A DNA stretch of 35,971 bases from Ruminococcus sp. (GTDB lineage Bacteria > Bacillota > Clostridia > Oscillospirales > Acutalibacteraceae). Every line of letters begins with the position of its first letter. Positions within the stretch are counted from its first letter, which is position 1. This document shows positions 27,659-34,717 of this stretch, one piece after another. Made by a program: the position numbers and the translations under genes. Under the pieces are notes generated by a model. That model had not been told where the DNA came from and did not search any database. It saw only the letters and a program-made list of their open reading frames with translations. Where the stretch lies: the NCBI GenBank assembly GCA_045617705.1, contig JAZLJE010000212.1:1-35971 (forward strand). The letters are read 5' to 3'.

Positions 27659-28005
27659 AACTCTTTCCTTTCTGTTTTCGACGGTGTCGGTAACGGCATC
27701 CAATATAAAACTTTTGCATTAGTGCCGTTTGACACTTCACCGCCCCACATATCGTTGTAATAATATCCTATTCCGTATGTTTGATGCATTTGGTTATAAT
27801 CACCATAACGGAAATACTCATACCAACAAAGCACATATTCTGTGCTATCGGGTAATCTATCCTCAACGCTTATCCATTCGGGTTTAATCACATCAGCAGT
27901 AGACATTTTATCAATATCTTCCTGAAACGCTACACCCTCGAAAACAACTTCGCCTAATGGAATTTTCATATATTCTATTTTTTCTGCATCTATATATCTG
28001 CTCAT
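27655..28005 (-). CDS. DUF551 domain protein
   Basis: WISVEDRLP...YWMPLP. Confidence 0.8.
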   Translation of the reverse strand: MSRYIDAEKIEYMKIPLGEVVFEGVAFQEDIDKMSTADVIKPEWISVEDRLPDSTEYVLCWYEYFRYGDYNQMHQTYGIGYYYNDMWGGEVSNGTNAKVLYWMPLPTPSKTERKEL

Positions 28006-28259
28006 TTTTTATCACTCCAATCTATGGCTTGTCCGCAATGTGAGCAATACAAAATACTTGTTTCTGTTCTTAATAATTCTTCACAATTAGGGCATCTAAT
28101 TTCATCAATATAGCATTGCACTAATTTTTTATTAGGCTTTTTAGGTATATGTAATTCACACAATTTCTGAATACAATCATTTTCTGTGTTGCTAATCCCA
28201 AAATATGGCAATCTTTTTAATATGCTTCTACACAAACTCGGTCTTGCTTTACCGCTCAT
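28002..28259 (-). CDS. Zinc-ribbon protein
   Basis: CPNC...CSHCGQAIDW. Confidence 0.75.
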   Translation of the reverse strand: MSGKARPSLCRSILKRLPYFGISNTENDCIQKLCELHIPKKPNKKLVQCYIDEIRCPNCEELLRTETSILYCSHCGQAIDWSDKK

Positions 28260-28285
28260 ACATAATCACTCCTTTTATTGTCTTA

Positions 28286-28314
28286 ATTTTACCATAAAAG
28301 TTATTAAATGTCAA
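28286..28314 (-). promoter_or_regulatory. Sigma-A promoter (copy 1 of a 47-bp repeat)
   Basis: TTGACA-17 nt-TAAAAT with a TG extension. Confidence 0.85.
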
Positions 28315-28425
28315 TGCTTTTTTACAAAAATTTTTAAAAAATAAAAATTCCCGAATTTGTGACCACTTTGAATTATTTTTTTGTATCTGTCACTCTAAAA
28401 ACATTTCTAAATCTTGCATATTGCA

Positions 28426-29097
28426 TTATATAAGGCGGTGTTTCCACCTGTCCCAAGTCTGCATAGTCAATGTGTCACGGTGATATATAATCGAAGGCAT
28501 TCCTATAAGACTTAACTGTAAATATGTCATCAACACACATCGTCTGTCTATGTCCGAACACTCGACAACCATATTCCGTGAATAATTAAAATCATATTCA
28601 TTCAACAAAACATCTGCTAATGCTACTACCATTCCTCCTGCACCACAAGACGGCTCGCTTACGGTTATTATTTCTTTGTTTAACATTTCCTTGTTTATCG
28701 AACACTTAACACAGGCTTTCGATACATCATACGGTGTGAAAAATTGCCCTGTGTGTTTATTACTAACATCTGCCAACATAAAAATTTTGCCTAAATAATC
28801 GTTAAATTCATAATCTAATTGACTACTCAATAAAATATAAATCTTTGTAAATACTTGTAATAATAATTTCTTCCCCCTGCGGTCATACTTATTTATGATT
28901 TTTAAGTACTGCTGTTCCCTATCTTCTCGATAGTCAAACCTGTTAGATATTGCTATCGCTCCGCACTCTATAACATCAGATAAAAAACTGTGTCTATCAA
29001 TAGTCTTATCTATCATCTTTACTATTTGTTCTGCTGTTGGTCTTTCAAATCTTTCCTTTGTATCATCTATTATATTAAATAAATTTAGTTGTTCCAT
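28426..29097 (-). CDS. N6-adenine DNA methyltransferase-like protein (HsdM-like fragment); C-terminus apparently frameshifted
   Basis: GQFFTP, EPSCGAGGM, SDID and RDTL motifs; no motif IV in frame. Confidence 0.75.
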   Translation of the reverse strand: MEQLNLFNIIDDTKERFERPTAEQIVKMIDKTIDRHSFLSDVIECGAIAISNRFDYREDREQQYLKIINKYDRRGKKLLLQVFTKIYILLSSQLDYEFNDYLGKIFMLADVSNKHTGQFFTPYDVSKACVKCSINKEMLNKEIITVSEPSCGAGGMVVALADVLLNEYDFNYSRNMVVECSDIDRRCVLMTYLQLSLIGMPSIIYHRDTLTMQTWDRWKHRLI

Positions 29098-29105
29098 ATT
29101 ATCCC

Positions 29106-29783
29106 TCAATCTATACTCGAGTGATTTTCGTAATAATCAATATCAAAACTCGTTTCGTTTGTTTTCTTTTTCATTGCACGGTTTACATAACTTTCAAACT
29201 TATTCCCGAACAATGTTTGTGGTCGCAGATACTGTTCAAACTCCGTTCCTTTCCATTCAGAAACCATATTATCTATACATCGCTTGAAATCTTCAACTGT
29301 AAAATGTTCTTTTAATCTTGCCATTATCAATTCTCGTGTTTTAGGCGTATTATCTCGATAATGCACATTTGCTTTTTTGTTAAGATAATCTATTATTTCG
29401 ACAATATCTTGACTATATATATTATTATTAACTATATTATTATTAACTATATTATTATGTTCTAAATTTTCATAGTCTGCCTTACAAATTTTATTAGTCT
29501 GCCTACTAAAATTTAGAAGTCTGCTTTTTAATTCTCGGCTTCTTCCGTCAAAAATTTTTGTATAGATATAACCTAATTTGCTTAATTTAGTTACCGCAGA
29601 TGATACCTTTGATTGACTACATTGACAGAAATTCGCCAAATATTCATTACTTGCATAACAGCCTTTTACCCCATTATCTAAACTGTCAATTTCTGCTAAT
29701 ATTATTTTTTCGAGGGCATTTAACCTTGTATCCAACCAAATTTCCTTTGGTATCCATATTCCTTTGAAATCTCGTTCTAACAT
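29106..29783 (-). CDS. Phage replication initiator (N-terminal wHTH, conserved C-terminal domain)
   Basis: FKGIWIP, CYASNEYLA and YLRPQTLFGNKFESY motifs. Confidence 0.85.
   Translation of the reverse strand: MLERDFKGIWIPKEIWLDTRLNALEKIILAEIDSLDNGVKGCYASNEYLANFCQCSQSKVSSAVTKLSKLGYIYTKIFDGRSRELKSRLLNFSRQTNKICKADYENLEHNNIVNNNIVNNNIYSQDIVEIIDYLNKKANVHYRDNTPKTRELIMARLKEHFTVEDFKRCIDNMVSEWKGTEFEQYLRPQTLFGNKFESYVNRAMKKKTNETSFDIDYYENHSSID
29420..29524. repeat. Putative origin: three 22-bp-period iterons plus an AT-rich repeat inside the initiator gene
   Basis: agtctgc cores at 29474, 29496 and 29518; attattattaactat-type tandem repeat at about 29420-29458. Confidence 0.75.
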
Positions 29784-29800
29784 ACTATCAAATCCTTTCT

Positions 29801-29906
29801 AAATAAAAACACCCCATATCCTGTGTGTAGTAGCCACAAGATACAGAGTGCAATAGGTCATATATTGAATTTTAAGCGTATATTGCCTACTACTCAATAT
29901 ACAACC
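29801..29906 (-). promoter_or_regulatory. Structured 5' leader / attenuator of the initiator gene
   Basis: 16-bp terminator stem at 29850-29810 with a U tract; upstream hairpin at 29902-29878; the two loops are complementary. Confidence 0.7.
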
Positions 29907-29946
29907 ATAATAAAGCGAACTTTAATATTCTGCTTTATCTTTATTT

Positions 29947-29975
29947 ATTATACATTATCTTGCAAACAAAATCAA
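29947..29975 (-). promoter_or_regulatory. Sigma-A promoter for the initiator gene
   Basis: TTGATT-17 nt-TATAAT. Confidence 0.7.
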
Positions 29976-30271
29976 GCATTTTTTGCGTATTCTCTATAAA
30001 TTTTTTCTTCTTCGGCTCGTGCTATTTTCGTCTTGCTGTCGAACAATTCAGGGTGCTTGTTTTGTACCCTCCTGCGTGTCCTTGTAACGCTTTCCCACTT
30101 CGGCAAGGATAATTCCTTATGCCTACATAAAACGCTTATAAAAGGCATTTTATCACATTGAGGGCATAACTGTAAGCATACCAAAGCATAAAGAAAATAA
30201 TCGTCTTTTCTCGCTCTCTTTGAATTTATTAAAATTGTAGTAACTAAATTTTCCATCGTGTCAAGTTTCAT
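29972..30271 (-). CDS. Hypothetical phage protein
   Basis: ARKDDYFLY...ESVTRTRRRVQ motif. Confidence 0.7.
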   Translation of the reverse strand: MKLDTMENLVTTILINSKRARKDDYFLYALVCLQLCPQCDKMPFISVLCRHKELSLPKWESVTRTRRRVQNKHPELFDSKTKIARAEEEKIYREYAKNA

Positions 30272-30557
30272 CTTTAAACTCCTTCAATAAACTTTTGATT
30301 ATTCTCTCATATCGTTTCAATCGTTCATATTCTTCGCCCGAAATTGTTATCATAGGTTTTGCTTTAACATCAAGCAAATAATCTACTGAAACATTGTAAC
30401 ATTTTGCCAACTTTTGTAAATTGTCGCAAGACGGCTTACAATCACCCCTTTCATAATTCGAAATGTTGGTCGGTGCCATTCCTGTATAAAGGGCTACATC
30501 ATCTCGTGTAAGTCCCTTTTCTTCTCGCAATCCTCGTAACTTATCTTTTAGTTCCAT
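30261..30557 (-). CDS. XRE-family HTH regulator
   Basis: LRGLREEKGLT...ISNYERG..KPS...VSVDYLL. Confidence 0.9.
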   Translation of the reverse strand: MELKDKLRGLREEKGLTRDDVALYTGMAPTNISNYERGDCKPSCDNLQKLAKCYNVSVDYLLDVKAKPMITISGEEYERLKRYERIIKSLLKEFKDET

Positions 30558-30566
30558 ATCGCACCT

Positions 30567-30944
30567 CTAAAACGGTATATCATCATCAGCATAAACATCA
30601 CAATTCTGTGGCTGTGTTTCTTCCTGTTTCTTTCCGCAGAAAAAAGCATTATCAACTACAATTTCTACTGCTGTTCTGTTCGTGCCGTCTTTTGCTTGAT
30701 ACTGTCTTGTCTGCAACTGTCCGTCAATAACAATCAACGAGCCTTTTTGGAAGTTTCGGCAGATGAACTCCGCTGTTCCTCTCCAAGCAACTATATCAAA
30801 AAAGTCTGTCTGCCTATCTTCTCCTTGCTTAACATAACTACGGTCAACCGCAATTCGAAAAGATGTAACCGATACACCATTGTTTGTTGTTTTTAATTCG
30901 GGATTTACAACTAATCGTCCCTGCATAGTAATTCTATTTAACAT
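30567..30944 (-). CDS. ssb: Single-stranded DNA-binding protein
   Basis: OB-fold motifs and the acidic tail DDDIPF. Confidence 0.95.
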   Translation of the reverse strand: MLNRITMQGRLVVNPELKTTNNGVSVTSFRIAVDRSYVKQGEDRQTDFFDIVAWRGTAEFICRNFQKGSLIVIDGQLQTRQYQAKDGTNRTAVEIVVDNAFFCGKKQEETQPQNCDVYADDDIPF

Positions 30945-31296
30945 TTGTATGCTCCTTTATCCATTTTTCGCTTGCAACTATTTTGCCTTTAATATTAGGC
31001 TTTTTCTCAATCTCTGAAATTCGGGTTTTGCATTTACCTACTTCTGTTTTTGTTTGACAGTCAAGTGTTTCAAATTTCTCATCATAAGACTTTAACTCCT
31101 TATAAAATTTATTTATGACATAATTATTGTGACTTTCATTTCTGTCGCACCAAATAACGCCCCAAATAATAAGCGGTATTCCAACAAAGCCTATGTAATT
31201 AAACTGATTTATAAGTCCAAACAATACAAACACAAAGCCTAACATAATAATCAGCAAAGGTGTAATGCTGTGTTTTAATTCAATTTTTTCTCTCAT
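30934..31296 (-). CDS. Two-TM membrane protein
   Basis: Two hydrophobic segments; GGAG RBS. Confidence 0.6.
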   Translation of the reverse strand: MREKIELKHSITPLLIIMLGFVFVLFGLINQFNYIGFVGIPLIIWGVIWCDRNESHNNYVINKFYKELKSYDEKFETLDCQTKTEVGKCKTRISEIEKKPNIKGKIVASEKWIKEHTNVK

Positions 31297-31583
31297 TTAA
31301 TGTCACTCCTATAATTTTTTCTAAATTTTTGTCGCCATTCTTCAAGCGACATATTGTGGTATGTCATAGCCGTTATCTGTGCCTGTTCTTTCAGCCATTC
31401 AAAATGTTTCGGCTCTCGGTGTATTCTTCTATGGCATACCCTACATACATTGATTTTTAAGCCGTATTCTTCTGACATTTTGCGGTTGCTACCCTCAAAG
31501 ATGTGATGTTCTTCTGTTTTGCAGGTAGCACCACAGATATAACAAGCAGTCTTGAAATTCATCGGCATTATAGACTTACTCAT
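31293..31583 (-). CDS. HNH-type zinc nuclease
   Basis: CYICG...HHIF...CRVCH. Confidence 0.7.
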   Translation of the reverse strand: MSKSIMPMNFKTACYICGATCKTEEHHIFEGSNRKMSEEYGLKINVCRVCHRRIHREPKHFEWLKEQAQITAMTYHNMSLEEWRQKFRKNYRSDIK

Positions 31584-31740
31584 TATTTTCCCCCTGTAAC
31601 TCATCTGCAACAAGCGTTACTAATTTTACTAATTTTGCAACATCATCTGCAAGGCAACGGAAAATTTGCTTAAACTCTTGCATTTCACTAACTTTTGTTA
31701 TCATCTTATCAATAACATCTTTTTTGTTTTCTTCTGTCAT
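31576..31740 (-). CDS. 54-aa hypothetical protein; not in ORF track
   Basis: GGAGGAG RBS; MTEENKKD...LQGENNE. Confidence 0.65.
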   Translation of the reverse strand: MTEENKKDVIDKMITKVSEMQEFKQIFRCLADDVAKLVKLVTLVADELQGENNE

Positions 31741-31742
31741 AA

Positions 31743-32240
31743 TCACTCCTCCATTAAAGCAAGTTCTTCGGGTGTTTCATATTCAATATCCTGTTCCTTG
31801 CATTCTTCTATTATGCCTTTGATAAATAAAGACATCTCCTGCGTGTTGTAAGTATGAGAACCTCTATAAACTCTCCAACTTGTGTATTCTTTGCCGTTTA
31901 TAACGCCCTGTGCTATCTCTCTCGCATAAAGTCCAAACTCAATAGGTTTAATTCCACTTAACAAAGTGACTACAACTGTTTGTCCATTCTTTTTTTCGGG
32001 CTGTCCATAACGGCAAATCATCTCGCTGTGCATTTCATCTTTTGATAATTTAGCACCTGCAACAATCATTTTTTCGCTTAACTTATCTGTTAAAATCCAC
32101 GAATAAGCATTAGAATTTAATGACCTTTTTTTATAGTGCTTTTTTATTTCAATCTCATACTCTGTGTCGGGTTCGAACTCGGCAAAGAGGAGTTTTTGTA
32201 TAATTTGCTTTACCTCTTTGCCCTTGAAAACCTTACCCAT
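31743..32240 (-). CDS. NinB-like recombination protein
   Basis: KRSLNSNAYSW and GSHTYNTQEMSLFI motifs; start uncertain. Confidence 0.65.
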   Translation of the reverse strand: MGKVFKGKEVKQIIQKLLFAEFEPDTEYEIEIKKHYKKRSLNSNAYSWILTDKLSEKMIVAGAKLSKDEMHSEMICRYGQPEKKNGQTVVVTLLSGIKPIEFGLYAREIAQGVINGKEYTSWRVYRGSHTYNTQEMSLFIKGIIEECKEQDIEYETPEELALMEE

Positions 32241-32793
32241 TCTTCTGACAGACTCTACATAATGGTCTGCCATAATTCTTCACCGAATAATCGTGTTCCA
32301 TAGGTGTTATCTTAACTCCGCAATCAGCACAATTTACCGATATGCTATCATTGACTTGTTTTGCCTTGCGTTCATCTTCTGCGTTTGAATATTTTGGGCT
32401 TTCAGGTAAATCTTCACCTGCATAGATGTAAAGTCCTAATCCGTGCCTTGCACAAGCCTTTGTTAATGACCTTTGTATTGCCTTGTTCACATCAAAAGAT
32501 GTGACATTATCAAATGATATTGACTTGTTACGATAATCCATTACAGGCAATTCTTCGATATGTTCTATGCCGTTAATTGTTACTCCTGTCTTTACCCAAC
32601 AAGTTTTCCCGTCTGTGAAATAATTGACTACATAACCATTCGGTAAAGTGTTTTCATAAATCGTGTAGTTTGCTTCGGGAAAATTCTTTTTAACCTCTGC
32701 CCAAGCCCAAGCCCAAGACAAATAAGTCAATCCATTCTTCGTTTCTGTGTGTTCATTTACATTGATTTTATTTAATGTTTCAAAAACATTCAT
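32233..32793 (-). CDS. Sak3 / DUF1071 single-strand annealing protein
   Basis: LTYLSWAWAW, LPVMDYRN and ARHGLGLYIYAGEDLP motifs. Confidence 0.9.
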   Translation of the reverse strand: MNVFETLNKINVNEHTETKNGLTYLSWAWAWAEVKKNFPEANYTIYENTLPNGYVVNYFTDGKTCWVKTGVTINGIEHIEELPVMDYRNKSISFDNVTSFDVNKAIQRSLTKACARHGLGLYIYAGEDLPESPKYSNAEDERKAKQVNDSISVNCADCGVKITPMEHDYSVKNYGRPLCRVCQKNG

Positions 32794-32804
32794 ATTGTAC
32801 CTCC

Positions 32805-33113
32805 TTAACTGCAAAGCAAATCTGCTTCGTGTTCTCTGTAATCTTCTTCTGCCCACGGCTCGCAAATAGCAAGTCCGAACTCATCGGCAAACTTTTCAAA
32901 ACTCATAGACAAGAAACAATCATAGCAATAAATCTCATCATCAACTACGATATAACTTTCTCCTTCTAATTCGCGGTTACAGAACTTGCATTTTCTGTCT
33001 TCACCCTGCTCTTGAACTTCCACCCCGAAAAATTCCGCATAATCTCTCAAACTTGCTTCCTTAAATTCTTCTCCTGTCATTATATATCTTTCTTCTACAT
33101 ATCTTTCACACAT
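32805..33113 (-). CDS. Zinc-finger hypothetical protein
   Basis: CKFC...CYDC; GGAGG RBS. Confidence 0.65.
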   Translation of the reverse strand: MCERYVEERYIMTGEEFKEASLRDYAEFFGVEVQEQGEDRKCKFCNRELEGESYIVVDDEIYCYDCFLSMSFEKFADEFGLAICEPWAEEDYREHEADLLCS

Positions 33114-33125
33114 ATTAAAACCTCC

Positions 33126-33308
33126 TTACAAAAATTTTTTAAATTGTGGCTCTTTATCAACCAATTTGTAAAGCACTCTTTCTTGCACTTTACCACCATT
33201 TTCAATCTTTTTCACGGTTACAAAGTTAATTCCCATATAGTTTGCATAACTCTGCATTCCCATTCTTAAAGAGTGTCGGTGTGTTTTCATCGCTTCTGCT
33301 AATGTCAT
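33126..33308 (-). CDS. Small Cro/XRE-like HTH protein
   Basis: YANYMGINFVTVKKIENG; GGAGGTG RBS. Confidence 0.65.
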   Translation of the reverse strand: MTLAEAMKTHRHSLRMGMQSYANYMGINFVTVKKIENGGKVQERVLYKLVDKEPQFKKFL

Positions 33309-33320
33309 AAATTCACCTCC

Positions 33321-33545
33321 TTACAATGTTAAAATCGGGTGTTTTTCCAATGCCGAGCAAAAGTCACACAAGTTTTTTCCGTGTATATGCTCCAAATCGC
33401 TTTCTGCTACCCAGTCACCACAATTATCACATTGTACGGCTGTTTCCAAAGGACTCCCACATTCGGGGCATATCGGATAAAATTCATTTTCATCTTTTTC
33501 TATGTTCGGCTCATCAACTAATTTCTTACATTCTGTACAATACAT
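33321..33545 (-). CDS. Zinc-ribbon protein
   Basis: Four CxxC pairs; start refined to 33545. Confidence 0.7.
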   Translation of the reverse strand: MYCTECKKLVDEPNIEKDENEFYPICPECGSPLETAVQCDNCGDWVAESDLEHIHGKNLCDFCSALEKHPILTL

Positions 33546-33570
33546 AAAACAACCTCCTTTTATTGTTTTA

Positions 33571-33599
33571 ATTTTACCATACAAATTATTAAATGTCAA
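33571..33599 (-). promoter_or_regulatory. Sigma-A promoter (copy 2 of the 47-bp repeat)
   Basis: TTGACA-17 nt-TAAAAT with a TG extension. Confidence 0.85.
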
Positions 33600-33652
33600 T
33601 ACTTCTTTACAAACTTTTCTAAAATTTTCAAAATTCTTACATAAATAAATTT

Positions 33653-33820
33653 TTATTTTTCGACATCAAATAATACTCCAATGTTTTTGTTGTTTAGTTC
33701 TTCTGTAATTTCAGCCATAGCCGTAAACAAATCTTTAACTCCCATTCTATTATAATCTGTATATGACTTGCTTATTATATCATATCCATACATCGTAAAC
33801 CTTATTGTAAATGTTATCAT
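33653..33820 (-). CDS. 55-aa early hypothetical protein
   Basis: TAATG coupling; GGGGGTG RBS. Confidence 0.6.
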   Translation of the reverse strand: MITFTIRFTMYGYDIISKSYTDYNRMGVKDLFTAMAEITEELNNKNIGVLFDVEK

Positions 33821-34257
33821 TATCTCACCCCCTTTTTTATAAAATATCCATATACACATCTGCTTTCATCTCTGCTACAATCGTAAGTATCGTTGATAAC
33901 TCCGTCAATTACTGCGGTACAATGTCTTGATACATTTACTACTAATCTACCATTTGGCAGTTCTCCGTCTTTCAGATGTACCTTACATCCTTGACCTACA
34001 AGCATTGTGGGGTACCAAGTATAACCTAAACTCTCCATAATTTTTCTAATTGTGTCTTTATGTACTCCTGTCCTTGCATTTGACCTATGTTTTCTTCTCT
34101 TTGTCAATCTTTCATCTTTTGCAAACTCATTGATTAAATCATAAATTTCTTGATAGGGTTTCTCTGTTACTATTGATATTGCCCTGCATACACAATCGCT
34201 TGTTTCTCCTTTGTAGCCTGCTTGTTTTCTTCCTCCGTCATTGTAAATGAATTTCAT
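33820..34257 (-). CDS. Early protein with a papain-like Cys-His-Asp pattern
   Basis: DCVCRAI...RHCTAVIDG..DTYD. Confidence 0.6.
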   Translation of the reverse strand: MKFIYNDGGRKQAGYKGETSDCVCRAISIVTEKPYQEIYDLINEFAKDERLTKRRKHRSNARTGVHKDTIRKIMESLGYTWYPTMLVGQGCKVHLKDGELPNGRLVVNVSRHCTAVIDGVINDTYDCSRDESRCVYGYFIKKGVR

Positions 34258-34309
34258 AATTTGTACTCCTTTGTTTGAATTTAATGAAATTTATTGTTTC
34301 ATTATCTAT

Positions 34310-34338
34310 ATTATACCACATTATTTTTTATTTGTCAA
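34310..34338 (-). promoter_or_regulatory. Consensus sigma-A early promoter
   Basis: TTGACA-17 nt-TATAAT, TG extension and an A-rich UP region. Confidence 0.9.
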
Positions 34339-34359
34339 TAGTTTTTTATAAAATAATTC

Positions 34360-34465
34360 AAAAAAAATAGGAGTACCTCTCGATACCCCACTAAAAACTA
34401 TATGTTTTTATGCTACTTTATAACGACACGCAAAGTGTATCGTTTGCGACAAATTCGCTGTTGTA
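34360..34465 (-). ncRNA. Candidate sRNA of about 105 nt
   Basis: Promoter 34499-34472 (TTGACA-16-TATAAT), internal hairpins, terminator 34389-34360; no ORF. Confidence 0.55.
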
Positions 34466-34501
34466 CTTATTATTATAGCACATCGCTAAAATATGTCAAA
34501 T

Positions 34502-34563
34502 AAAAAAACTATGGAACTGTCAGTAACAGTCCCAATACAAAAACAAATAGTTTTTTGATAGCA
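34502..34563 (-). ncRNA. Candidate sRNA of about 60 nt
   Basis: Promoter 34597-34569 (TTGACA-17-TATAAT); terminator GGGACTGT/ACAGTTCC followed by T7. Confidence 0.55.
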
Positions 34564-34642
34564 TAATTATTATAGTATGTAAACATTATATTGTCAAATC
34601 ATCATAGCCATTAACAAAAATACCCTGTTTTTGCGAACAGCA

Positions 34643-34681
34643 ACAGAAAAAGACACTACAAAAAGTAATGCCTTTTCCTGT
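34643..34681 (-). terminator. Long hairpin after the endolysin gene
   Basis: 17-bp stem ACAGGAAAAGGCATTAC/GTAGTGTCTTTTTCTGT with three G-U pairs. Confidence 0.65.
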
Positions 34682-34717
34682 CTTTCGGGAGGTTTTATAT
34701 GAAAAATAAGTCGTACG

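Noticed and set aside
34360-34700. Mini-CRISPR array or tracrRNA
   Set aside because: No repeated 28-37 bp unit with spacers; only short chance resemblances (GTACAAC, GTTTTTGTA).
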